IMG/VR virus record: IMGVR_UViG_3300023179_000041
Coordinates: 32,001-96,000 of that record
Direction: 5' to 3' (one strand)
Length of the DNA stretch: 64,000 nucleotides
From: a virus
Every line of letters begins with the position of its first letter. The first letter of the stretch is position 1. The position numbers and the translations under genes are program-made. Positions 41,780 to 50,548 of this stretch are shown piece after piece. The notes beneath the pieces are model-generated. The model did not search any database and was not told where the DNA came from. It worked only from the letters and a program-made list of their open reading frames with translations.

Positions 41780-42126
41780 TGACCCCTGACCAAGCAGACG
41801 CAATAATCGCCGAACTAAATGTTTGTTTCCCCTCCAAGAACCTTGTGGTTGAAGAAGTTCGTAGGTGGGAGCAAAACCTAGAGCGATTCCATTTTGAGGA
41901 TGCCAGAGCGGCGGTAAAGCGGATTGAGGATACAAGCCGCTTTTTCCCGTCTTGGGCTGAGTTTCGCGAGACCATCTGGCCACTTCATGAGCACAGGCTC
42001 TGGGTCGAAAAGGAACGTCGCGACGCCGAACGCAAGCAACTTGAGAAGCCACAAACAGAAGAAGAAAAGCAACGCATCTCCGCGATTATCTCTGAAATTA
42101 TGTCTGGGCTGCGCACTCCCAAGTAA
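41779..42126 (+). CDS. Helicase loader/inhibitor-like (G39P-like) protein
   Basis: MT..QA..II..L...FP...W...L......A..AV...RFFPSWAEFR; near initiator. Confidence 0.6.
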   Translation: MTPDQADAIIAELNVCFPSKNLVVEEVRRWEQNLERFHFEDARAAVKRIEDTSRFFPSWAEFRETIWPLHEHRLWVEKERRDAERKQLEKPQTEEEKQRISAIISEIMSGLRTPK

Positions 42127-42149
42127 ATACTTGTTCTATACTTGTCCGC

Positions 42150-43469
42150 ATGTCGGACAACATTCAAGTAAATACAGAGATAGTTGAAATCACCAGTCTT
42201 AAGCCATACCCAAAGAACCCGCGTCGCGGTGATGTTGAGGCAATCGCACAATCACTCAAAGTGAATGGACAGTACAAACCAATCGTCGTGAATAAGCGCG
42301 ACAACACCATTCTTGCCGGTAACCACACATGGAGAGCGGCACGAAGCCTGGGCTGGACACACATTGCAGTTTCGTTTGTCGATGTAGACGATTACGGTGC
42401 GCAAAAAATTGTTCTGGCTGACAATCGCACGTCCGATATGTCTTCCTATGACGATTCAAAACTCCTTGACCTTCTGCAATCGTTGTCGACGCTTGATGGA
42501 ACAGGATTCCAGCAGGTTGACATCGACCAACTTGAAGCACTAATTAGCGGAGACGGAGAATTTGAAGCGCCTAACCGAGATAGAACCGGCGCGGTTGGCA
42601 AGGAAATTCGTGTATGTGTTGGAAGTTACAGAATTCTTGTTGATGACGATGTTTACTCTGATTGGGCAAATGATATTGCTACAAAAGTTGGAGATGATGA
42701 CAAGGTTCTAGTCGAACTCAAGAAGCGTTTACGTCTTTCAGATGTAACTCATTTACCACCAGAAAAAACAAAGCCAAAGCGACAAAAACGAAATATCGAC
42801 AGGCAGCAAATGCACTCTGTGATGCTTTCTACGGAAAATGTCGACATCAATAGCGTCTTCCCATACCCGCTCAATGCACGACAGGGCGATATCGGCCTGA
42901 TTGCTGAATCTTTAAGCAAGAACGGTCAGTTCCGGCCAATTGTTGTCAACAAACGGGACAATTCAATCTTGGTTGGTAATCACACGTGGAAGGCAGCCAA
43001 GATGTTGGGGTGGAAACAAATTGCGGCAACCTTTGTTGATTGCGATGAGGAGGAGGCAGCAAAGATTGTTCTTGTGGACAACAAGACTGCAGACCTTGGG
43101 TCTTATGACCATGTTGAACTAGCAGAAATTCTTCAAACACTTCCAGTGTTTGACGGAACCGGATATACAGGAGATGACTTAGACGACCTGATGCATGAGG
43201 TCGCCGGTTGGGGTATCAAAGAAAAACCAGTCAAAGAAAAGAACGATAAGCCCAGAAACGTTACGGCGATTATCGGAAAGTGGGAGTTCAAGATGGCGCC
43301 TAACTTTTATGAAGATTGGGAAGAGGCAATGTTTGTTGAGTTCGGATACTCATATGAAGAGGTTTGCGCTGGAATTGTTGGTCTTTTGGACATTCAAAAC
43401 GATGCATGGGTTTCTACCCGTCAGCGACGTTCAAAGAAGGTCAGCCCGCGTAGGGCAAACGGAGAATAA
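42150..43469 (+). CDS. Tandem-duplicated ParB/sulfiredoxin-N domain protein
   Basis: Two copies of YP.N.R.GD...IA.SL..NGQ..PIVVNKRDN.IL.GNHTW.AA..LGW...IVL.DN. Confidence 0.85.
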   Translation: MSDNIQVNTEIVEITSLKPYPKNPRRGDVEAIAQSLKVNGQYKPIVVNKRDNTILAGNHTWRAARSLGWTHIAVSFVDVDDYGAQKIVLADNRTSDMSSYDDSKLLDLLQSLSTLDGTGFQQVDIDQLEALISGDGEFEAPNRDRTGAVGKEIRVCVGSYRILVDDDVYSDWANDIATKVGDDDKVLVELKKRLRLSDVTHLPPEKTKPKRQKRNIDRQQMHSVMLSTENVDINSVFPYPLNARQGDIGLIAESLSKNGQFRPIVVNKRDNSILVGNHTWKAAKMLGWKQIAATFVDCDEEEAAKIVLVDNKTADLGSYDHVELAEILQTLPVFDGTGYTGDDLDDLMHEVAGWGIKEKPVKEKNDKPRNVTAIIGKWEFKMAPNFYEDWEEAMFVEFGYSYEEVCAGIVGLLDIQNDAWVSTRQRRSKKVSPRRANGE

Positions 43470-45016
43470 TGAAGCCCGTTCTTGCATCAGTAACAGACTT
43501 AAGGCCATCTGCATACAATCCGCGCAAAGCGGATGCAGAGAGGCTTGAGTTGGTTGAATTATCGCTGCGCAAGTTCGGTTGGCTATTACCTATCTACGCA
43601 GACAAGGATGGCGAGATTCTCAGTGGTCACCAGCGCCACATGGTCGCCACAAATATGGGAGCCACGATGGTCCCCGTCGTGCGTGTTCCTTCGTTCAAGA
43701 TTGAGCGACGCATGGGCATCAACGTCCTTTATAACCGTGCTACGAACGACATGTACAAAACTCGTTCAACCACAGAACTCAAAGATGACCTAATGGCAAA
43801 ACTTGGAGACCTTGAGAAAATCAAGATGCTCCCAGACATCCCTGTTGATTCTCTAGAATGGTATCCAGTACTTAAGACCAAGCCGGTTTCCACTCTTAGG
43901 CTCATACAACTGAACGGAAAATGGCCGGAACAGCACGCAGTTGCTATGGCAGCGCAGTTAAAAACTAACGGGCTTCCCCAGATGCCGGTCATCTGCACCA
44001 CTGACTACAAGGTTCTCAATGGCCTTGCCAGGCTGACATACGCAGTGTCAGTAAATGAAGACTTTGTTCAGACCGTACAGGTAGCGCCAGACATTGCCGA
44101 AGAGGTAACAGCAATGCTGAACCTTCTGACGATGGATTACAACATTCAAGAACGATATGAAGACCTGCTTCGATACAACTCGTTTCGTCGAAAAAACCAA
44201 CGGGTTCAGATTCTCACACCAACATTCTTGGAAGATTTTCTCCGCCACTTCATTAACTCTGGCAATCGTAACGGCGCCTTTGAACTCGATAACCCGCGCC
44301 ATGTAGAACTATGGAAAGAGTATTACGGCACTCACGTCATTGACTTTGGTGCTGGTCTATGCGACAAGACTCAGATTCTCCGAAACATGGGAGTGGATGC
44401 AGTTGAATTTGAGCCTTTCTTCCTTGCCAAAGACAACGAAACAATCGATACGGACGCCGCTCGCGAACTTACGTCAAAATTCCTTGCCCGCGTTGCGGAC
44501 GGTACGGAGTGGGACAGTATCTTTATCGCTTCGGTATTCAACAGCATCCCATTCCTGCAAGACCGCAAACACGTGATTGCCATTGTCGCTTCCTTGTCGT
44601 CCCCACATACAAAACTCCACACAGCCGCTATATGCACGGAATCAGACCGTTGGTTCAATCACACTCGCGGAGATTTAAAGAAGGGACACGACACGTCAAG
44701 CAACGGATTTGCCCTTGATTACGAGCCACGCATCATCATCTCCGATATCGCTCTAAAGCCAAAGGTCCAGAAGTACCATACCGAAACCGAGTTCAGCGAA
44801 CTCATTAGGCACGGCTACCGGCATGTAGATACGTTCTTGACCGCCAAAAACGGGCTTGTTCAAGCCGTTGGTTCCAATGCCCGACAAATTGGGGTCGACG
44901 AACTACGTGTTGCAATTGAGTTTGAGTTCAATGTCCCACATCCAGAAGGCCGTCGTCTTGGAATGGTGGAGGAAGCAAAAGCGGCGTTTTCCAAGAGGCT
45001 TGGGATTCAATTATGA
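43469..45016 (+). CDS. ParB-N domain(s) fused to SAM-dependent transferase domain
   Basis: YNPRK...ILSGHQRH ParB domain; degenerate second ParB (VLNGLARL); C-terminal VIDFGAG...EFEPFF...WDSIFIASVFNS. Confidence 0.75.
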   Translation: MKPVLASVTDLRPSAYNPRKADAERLELVELSLRKFGWLLPIYADKDGEILSGHQRHMVATNMGATMVPVVRVPSFKIERRMGINVLYNRATNDMYKTRSTTELKDDLMAKLGDLEKIKMLPDIPVDSLEWYPVLKTKPVSTLRLIQLNGKWPEQHAVAMAAQLKTNGLPQMPVICTTDYKVLNGLARLTYAVSVNEDFVQTVQVAPDIAEEVTAMLNLLTMDYNIQERYEDLLRYNSFRRKNQRVQILTPTFLEDFLRHFINSGNRNGAFELDNPRHVELWKEYYGTHVIDFGAGLCDKTQILRNMGVDAVEFEPFFLAKDNETIDTDAARELTSKFLARVADGTEWDSIFIASVFNSIPFLQDRKHVIAIVASLSSPHTKLHTAAICTESDRWFNHTRGDLKKGHDTSSNGFALDYEPRIIISDIALKPKVQKYHTETEFSELIRHGYRHVDTFLTAKNGLVQAVGSNARQIGVDELRVAIEFEFNVPHPEGRRLGMVEEAKAAFSKRLGIQL

Positions 45017-45732
45017 GGGACAAAGACAACTACAAACCAAGTGGCAAATGGACATTTGATGAGGGTGTCACGAAGGTATTTGAAGACATGATTTCCAGGT
45101 CAATTCCTGGATATCAAACAATGCGCGATTCTGTCGTCCGAGTGGCTACGCCAATTTTGTGCGCCGCAAACGTATCAAACTTTTTGGATGTTGGCTGCAG
45201 CCGTGGTGAAACTATCTATCAAATCCTTAACGCTCTTCCTACTGACATCCCCGCGACTGCTGTTGGTGTCGACTCCAGCCAGCCCATGATTGATGCTGCT
45301 GCTGAACTTTTTGGGAACTTTGACAATGTTCGATTTGTTTGTGCGGATGTCAGCGATATCGAGATAAGGCCCTTCGAATATTCGCTTATTACGTCGGTAC
45401 TCACCGCGCAATTCATTCCTCTTGATGTCCGCCAAAATTTCTATCAACAGGTGCATAATGGTTTGTCCTTAAATGGGGCGTTTATTATCGTCGAAAAGAT
45501 ACTTGGCGAGACTCCACTTTGTCAGGATTTGCTGGTTGACATTTATCACACTTTTAAAGCCGACAACGGTTATACGCACGAACAGATAGAAGAGAAGCGG
45601 AAGTCACTTCAGGGAGTTTTGGTTCCGCTTCGTGGTTCGGAAAATGAAAAAATGCTCAAAGATGCCGGCTTTATAAATGTTCAGCGTTTCTGGCAATGCC
45701 TGAACTTTGCTGGTTGGGTGGCATTCAAATGA
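45013..45732 (+). CDS. cmoA: CmoA-like carboxy-S-adenosylmethionine synthase
   Basis: WTFDEGV..VF.DMI.RSIPGY, LDVGCS.G, GY....I..KR..L, AGF.....WQCLNF match E. coli CmoA, including the Arg199-equivalent. Confidence 0.8.
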   Translation: MRDKDNYKPSGKWTFDEGVTKVFEDMISRSIPGYQTMRDSVVRVATPILCAANVSNFLDVGCSRGETIYQILNALPTDIPATAVGVDSSQPMIDAAAELFGNFDNVRFVCADVSDIEIRPFEYSLITSVLTAQFIPLDVRQNFYQQVHNGLSLNGAFIIVEKILGETPLCQDLLVDIYHTFKADNGYTHEQIEEKRKSLQGVLVPLRGSENEKMLKDAGFINVQRFWQCLNFAGWVAFK

Positions 45733-46109
45733 AAAAGCAGGACAAGAAAGTCCATGTTCTTGAAGTTTGGGGCGAAATGTGGACCTCCAATAAAGAACGA
45801 ACACTCCATCATTTCACGCGCGCCAAGAAGGTCAAGGAGTGGCGTGAAGCAGCATGTGTGTCTGCCATTGCCCGCAAGATTCCCAAGATGAAAGCAATCG
45901 AGGTCCGCTTCATCCCCCATCGGGTGAACAAACGGGGCCTAGCAGATACTGGTGGGCACTTCCCGGTAGCAAAGGCCATGATTGACGGTTTGGTTGACGC
46001 CGGCATCCTTACTGGCGATGGACCGGATACTGTGCGTAGACTTATATTCGAAGCACCGATTATTTCTGGCGAAAGCAAAGCAGTAATCGAAATCACCGAG
46101 TTGGAGTAG
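45729..46109 (+). CDS. RusA-like Holliday junction resolvase
   Basis: D......KAMIDGLVDAGILTGD....V motif. Confidence 0.7.
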   Translation: MKKQDKKVHVLEVWGEMWTSNKERTLHHFTRAKKVKEWREAACVSAIARKIPKMKAIEVRFIPHRVNKRGLADTGGHFPVAKAMIDGLVDAGILTGDGPDTVRRLIFEAPIISGESKAVIEITELE

Positions 46110-46112
46110 GAC

Positions 46113-46397
46113 ATGATTGAAGGAAAACTAAAAGAGGTTACAAAGATTTCTGACCCAGTCGAACGCGCGCGTATTCTTCATTTTGAATTACTCCCAGCAG
46201 TTGCAGAAATTCGCCGCAGCATCATTGAGCAGCGCGCTCTTGCAATCAAAGAGTCGTGTGAGTTTGGTGGACCTGACGCAGAAGGACTTTCCTATTCGGC
46301 AATGGCTGGCGAACTGACAGTTTCCAAGCCGCTAATCCAGCAAATGGTGGCGTTGGCTCGCAAAATTGTTGCTGGTGGTCGGGCTCCCCTCGAATGA
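46113..46397 (+). CDS. Hypothetical HTH-like protein
   Basis: LSYSAMAGELTVSKPLIQQM. Confidence 0.55.
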   Translation: MIEGKLKEVTKISDPVERARILHFELLPAVAEIRRSIIEQRALAIKESCEFGGPDAEGLSYSAMAGELTVSKPLIQQMVALARKIVAGGRAPLE

Positions 46398-46600
46398 CAT
46401 TGTTTTGGCTGATTGTTGCTGTCTTTGGGTGGCTCGGCGCTATTTTATTGTGCGTCTTACTTGGTTTTATTTTAGTTGTTCTTGGTGGCCTTCAATCTGA
46501 ATATCAAGAACTAGAAAAAAAATACACTTTGCTCTTGGAACAAAAAAAGTCTGGCAGTAGCATGTGGGCCTTGCGAAAGGAAGTCCCATTCGGTGATTGA
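46394..46600 (+). CDS. Small membrane protein
   Basis: Long hydrophobic N-terminus then coiled coil. Confidence 0.55.
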   Translation: MTLFWLIVAVFGWLGAILLCVLLGFILVVLGGLQSEYQELEKKYTLLLEQKKSGSSMWALRKEVPFGD

Positions 46601-46871
46601 ACCCAATCCATATCGGCGTCAAAACCGATTTTACAAAGCAGTAAAAATTGTTGACCGAATAGAACAACTCGGTCTTGCATTATTCAATGTAAAAAATATG
46701 TCAATAAAGTATCGAGCGAAGATTTCCAACGAAGCAGGATTCCCGGCCCCGTCTGAAGAAACTTGGGATAACGTCATCGATTTGTATTCAAAGAGGGTGG
46801 TATCCCCTTTAGTTCTGAAGGCGGCAGCGCGAAATACTGGCAGCGCATGTACGCCTCTGCGGTCGTACTAA
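46593..46871 (+). CDS. Hypothetical protein
   Basis: Coupled ORF with PSEETW motif. Confidence 0.5.
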   Translation: MIEPNPYRRQNRFYKAVKIVDRIEQLGLALFNVKNMSIKYRAKISNEAGFPAPSEETWDNVIDLYSKRVVSPLVLKAAARNTGSACTPLRSY

Positions 46872-47076
46872 CGCAAACACTCCAGCGTCACGCACTCGAC
46901 CCCAGCGAGTGCCAGATGTTGAGAAGTCAAGAAATCCATCATCTCTGCACGTCAAGCGGAATCTTCACCGAAGAAGAAGATGTCGTATTCAAAATTTCTG
47001 TTTTGATGTTGGAAGAACGACATGGCTGGTCGTATGGTGGTGGCGAACAACTCCACAAAAAGAAAGAAGAAGAACA

Positions 47077-47631
47077 ATGGTCACACAAAACCGATTGAGA
47101 GAAAATGGCGCCTTTAGCCCGGACCCAAAAGTTCGTGTCCATGTCCCACAGGACGTGTTTCTTCAGAACAACAAATATTTGTTGGATGAAAAGATTGATA
47201 CGCCGCGTGGCGGCGCTTGTCAAGGCCAAGACACTTCGATTTTCTTCCCACTACATGCAGACGGTCGCTACACAAAAAAGCAGTTGACAGATAGACAAAC
47301 CGCTATATCGCTTTGCCGGTCCTGCGATATCAGACAAAAGTGTTTGATGTATTCACTGGAGTACGAGCCACAAGGAATTTGGGGTGGATTCCCGGAACAA
47401 GCCAGAGCCCTACTCGGGAAGTTCTGGGGTATTGAAAACAAGAGAACTTGGAAGGTCAGAGCCTCCTTCTTGAGGTATAGAAAGATTGTCGACTATATTG
47501 TCAATTCGGAAGACATTGCGTTTCTCAAGAAAGTAGCCCATGACCACAATCTTGCACAACCACCTTTTGATGAACGGTCAGGCCTATCAGCCGCCGCGCG
47601 ACGTCGAATCAGTCAAGGAGTGGCTAACTAA
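47077..47631 (+). CDS. whiB: WhiB-family transcription factor with C-terminal extension
   Basis: ACQG.D..IFFP...A..LCRSC.IR.KCL.YSL....GIWGG (4 Cys + GIWGG). Confidence 0.85.
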   Translation: MVTQNRLRENGAFSPDPKVRVHVPQDVFLQNNKYLLDEKIDTPRGGACQGQDTSIFFPLHADGRYTKKQLTDRQTAISLCRSCDIRQKCLMYSLEYEPQGIWGGFPEQARALLGKFWGIENKRTWKVRASFLRYRKIVDYIVNSEDIAFLKKVAHDHNLAQPPFDERSGLSAAARRRISQGVAN

Positions 47632-47929
47632 GTTAGTTGCCGACATCGGCATGAAGATTGTTACTGGTCCTCATGCTTACTATGTCGAGAGTGAAGGAAA
47701 TCGCGGAATCACTGCGTGTGTATGTATTGAGACTTCGCACATCGCCTTCCACGTCTGGGATGAGGCAGTTCCCGCGCGCGTGCAGTTTGACCTTTACACA
47801 TGCTCAACCCTCCCCACACAAGCAGTTCTAGAAGCGTGCGAAAAGTATTTCGACTTGGTGGATTATCAGTATGTTGTCCTTAACCGCGAAGATGGTTTTG
47901 TCATTGAGAAAACAGGTCAGCGCATTTAG
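47540..47929 (+). CDS. speD: Pyruvoyl-dependent AdoMet decarboxylase family protein
   Basis: H.HLL...IGM...G.T....IETSHIAFHVW...QFDLYTC. Confidence 0.75.
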   Translation: MTTILHNHLLMNGQAYQPPRDVESVKEWLTKLVADIGMKIVTGPHAYYVESEGNRGITACVCIETSHIAFHVWDEAVPARVQFDLYTCSTLPTQAVLEACEKYFDLVDYQYVVLNREDGFVIEKTGQRI

Positions 47930-47931
47930 TC

Positions 47932-48147
47932 ATGGGCGCAAAGAATAAGAAGGTCGCCCGTGGCTCGCAACAGCGAATCCGCCACAACTATCTGACCGGC
48001 AAGGATGAAACCATTCCTGGAACCAAAGCAGGTAGGAAGAGACAGCGACTTTCTTTGGGTGACCCACTACGCACACATGACCTTCACGGCCCGGTCGGCA
48101 AGAAGAAGAAGCCCAAAAAGTCGGAGCGACAAAACCAAGAAGATTAA
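47932..48147 (+). CDS. Small basic protein
   Basis: Lys/Arg-rich 71-aa ORF. Confidence 0.5.
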   Translation: MGAKNKKVARGSQQRIRHNYLTGKDETIPGTKAGRKRQRLSLGDPLRTHDLHGPVGKKKKPKKSERQNQED

Positions 48148-48165
48148 GTTGGGAATTGATACCAA

Positions 48166-48738
48166 CTAGCGGTACGGCTCTCCATGTGCCCACGTAGTCA
48201 AGGAATACCTAACCCCCGACTCTACGGGTAGGACCTGATGAAGGGTCCACGAAGGCCACACGGTGGCGTACCCCTGAACAGCGGAGATTGATTCCTCTTC
48301 CGGCCCCGCATATAAAACAACCCTCCCGCCTTTGTAGTTGTAGTGGGAGGACAGTTGGACGGTCATGGACAACTTCCGCTCCCGCGCCGCCCCGTATGAC
48401 CAATCGGTATGACGCCCGTATCCATCCCCGACCTGATACTCCAGAACTCGGATGGACGGGATATCGGTATAGGACAGTTGCCACGGATTACCCCTGGCGA
48501 ACCCCTCGTAGACGCGCTGAGAGAGGCTAGAAGCGTCGTTAAAGGTTAAACCATGTGGGTCTATCAAATATTCTTTACAACGCCTTAAATCGCTTCCTGA
48601 CGCTTGTGGGGAGTGGTGGACGAGGCCAGGTTGGGAATATCCCGATGAGATGGCGTAGTCAACGACCATTTGGGCTTCCTGCGGCGTGAACATCTGAAAT
48701 TCATAATGAGTCCCCTTATTCAGCCCCTTGTTTTTCAT
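48166..48738 (-). CDS. PKHD-type 2OG-Fe(II) oxygenase
   Basis: HTD...RKLSMTVQLS...Y.GG...WPSWTLHQV.PV.SG.RYSL; GGGAG RBS. Confidence 0.85.
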   Translation of the reverse strand: MKNKGLNKGTHYEFQMFTPQEAQMVVDYAISSGYSQPGLVHHSPQASGSDLRRCKEYLIDPHGLTFNDASSLSQRVYEGFARGNPWQLSYTDIPSIRVLEYQVGDGYGRHTDWSYGAARERKLSMTVQLSSHYNYKGGRVVLYAGPEEESISAVQGYATVWPSWTLHQVLPVESGVRYSLTTWAHGEPYR

Positions 48739-48804
48739 ACATTCTCCCTATACTCGCGGTACTATCACAACGATACACAACCGATAACACTAAGGTCTTG
48801 GACT

Positions 48805-49359
48805 ATGCCCCTTCAAAAAACCCACTACCCAGATTGGCTGAAGGATTACGTAAAAAAACTGCAGAGCGAGATGAAACTTGCTCATTGGCAGATTGAGTTT
48901 GAAAAGCACTACTGCGGAGAAGCAGCCTTCGCTGAAATCTCCGTCCTGCCAGCACAACACTCCGCAACGCTATCTCTGTGTCGAGGTTGGCGCAAGTGGT
49001 CACCAAGTTTGATGCGAAGCACCATCACTCACGAACTCATGCACTGCCATCTAAACGCAATAAACGAAATTGCGGAAGAACACTTGGAAGAGTTGTCCCC
49101 CAAGACGTATGAAGCACGCAAGAAGGGAATTGATTATGTCAATGAGAGGGTAACGGATGCCCTGGCAGAGATGATTTCCCCACACTTGACTTTGCCAAAA
49201 GTGCCAGTGGTCCGCAAGTCGCACACACTATCGCATACACTATCATACTCTCGCACACGAAGTAGTGCAAAATCGGGTAAGTCAAACGGGAAGAAAGTAC
49301 AGAAGTCCGGTAAAAAGAATGTAAGGAAGAGGCCCGCTAAGCCGAAGAAACGAAATTAA
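48805..49359 (+). CDS. HExxH zincin-like protein with basic tail
   Basis: TITHELMHCH...E motif. Confidence 0.6.
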   Translation: MPLQKTHYPDWLKDYVKKLQSEMKLAHWQIEFEKHYCGEAAFAEISVLPAQHSATLSLCRGWRKWSPSLMRSTITHELMHCHLNAINEIAEEHLEELSPKTYEARKKGIDYVNERVTDALAEMISPHLTLPKVPVVRKSHTLSHTLSYSRTRSSAKSGKSNGKKVQKSGKKNVRKRPAKPKKRN

Positions 49360-49417
49360 GTAAAACAAGTTGGCCGAAAACCTAAAAAATCGACACGTGT
49401 GTGCGCGATAATTTTTT

Positions 49418-49468
49418 CAAGAAACGGCACCGGATTAAACCCATCACGGCTGGAACACCATTTTTTGC
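49418..49468 (+). repeat. Early-region ~70-bp element, copy 1 (partial)
   Basis: GAAACGGC...TAAACCCA-N7-TGGAACACCATTTTTTG. Confidence 0.8.
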
Positions 49469-49470
49469 GA

Positions 49471-49797
49471 CTAATCTCGCGCTAAATCCCGTCTTCGCAG
49501 CGTCTCATTTGAAACTTGTGCGTCCTTTATGAATTTAGTTTTCTCGTAAGCCATCAATGCAGCAATTCCACGTTCAGTAATCACAACATTCTTCCCCACT
49601 CGCATACACCAGCCGTTTTCCAAGTATCGACGAATGATTAACAGGGCCTGTGAGCGTGTTGGGACGTTCTTGGACTTCGCATTCGCTCCTTCGTGTGGAG
49701 AGACGAAGTCAATGTAGACGTCAGCGTTGAATTCCTTGCCGATGCGCGTGTAAAAGCGCATGATGTTGAGCATGTTCCATTTGTGATTTGTTGCCAT
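49471..49797 (-). CDS. Hypothetical winged-helix-like protein
   Basis: IIRRYLENGW...VVITERGIAAL wHTH ending. Confidence 0.5.
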   Translation of the reverse strand: MATNHKWNMLNIMRFYTRIGKEFNADVYIDFVSPHEGANAKSKNVPTRSQALLIIRRYLENGWCMRVGKNVVITERGIAALMAYEKTKFIKDAQVSNETLRRRDLARD

Positions 49798-50323
49798 AGT
49801 TGTTCTTCTTCAATCTAGCGACCATCACGTCCTTTTCCAACTGCGTGAGTGGTCTTTTGTATGGTGTGTGTCTCTTGGAGTACTTGCAATTATGTTTCTT
49901 CATCGCGGCCTTTAGTTGTTTTAATTTCTCCCGACCAAAAAACAGAAGTACCAAATGCTGATATACGCGGCAAAACTCTCTTCCGTGTTCCTGTACATCT
50001 GCCGGAGTGAATAGATGCGCGAGTTCGTGGAGGATGGTGTGTTTATTTCGGAACTTGCGCGGGAATGAAACCCACATCTTGTCCGGAAGTATGCGGGCCC
50101 ATGCCTTACGAGAGCCATCACCCTTGGATATCTTGAGCGGGATACGTCCAGATACGATATCGCGGGCCACTGGGTATCTTTTTTGGACCCGCCAGTTCGA
50201 TAAAACTTTCCAAATGTATGCCTCGGCATCCCCCATGGTCTTGAATTCCATTGTCGGCCAGCCAAAGCACTCCCACTCCGCTGCGTAGAGGCGGCTTCTC
50301 TGGTTGTCTCGCGGGCGCGGCAT
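49721..50323 (-). CDS. HExxH metalloprotein, Rv0185/SprT-like
   Basis: RDNQRSRLYAAE...ILHELAH...HGREF. Confidence 0.75.
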   Translation of the reverse strand: MPRPRDNQRSRLYAAEWECFGWPTMEFKTMGDAEAYIWKVLSNWRVQKRYPVARDIVSGRIPLKISKGDGSRKAWARILPDKMWVSFPRKFRNKHTILHELAHLFTPADVQEHGREFCRVYQHLVLLFFGREKLKQLKAAMKKHNCKYSKRHTPYKRPLTQLEKDVMVARLKKNNYGNKSQMEHAQHHALLHAHRQGIQR

Positions 50324-50337
50324 GAAAACAGTTTAGA

Positions 50338-50404
50338 GAAACGGCAAAAGCAGAATAAACCCATTCCGGCTGGAACACCATTTTTTTGGGACAGAGGCAG
50401 AAAA
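50338..50404 (+). repeat. Early-region element, copy 2
   Basis: GAAACGGC...AATAAACCCA-N7-TGGAACACCATTTTTTTGGGACAGAGGCAGAAAA. Confidence 0.85.
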
Positions 50405-50481
50405 GTTTGTGATTGTGCGCACTTTCACAAACGAGGGCTCAAAATGATTTTACCGAGAGCAAAAATATTTTTTGAAAGAGG

Positions 50482-50510
50482 TTGTCGCATGCTCTATCAC
50501 GCTGTATCAT
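50482..50510 (+). promoter_or_regulatory. Sigma-70-type early promoter
   Basis: TTGTCG-N17-TATCAT. Confidence 0.5.
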
Positions 50511-50548
50511 GGATAGTGTCCCTAGACAACTCAAGAAATGAGAACCCA

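Noticed and set aside
42150-45016. ParABS partition system of a plasmid prophage
   Set aside because: No ParA, no HTH after the ParB-N domains; fusion to a transferase points to modification.
46847-47098. 83-aa ORF upstream of whiB
   Set aside because: Start and frame are ambiguous, with competing overlapping ORFs and no motif; not called.
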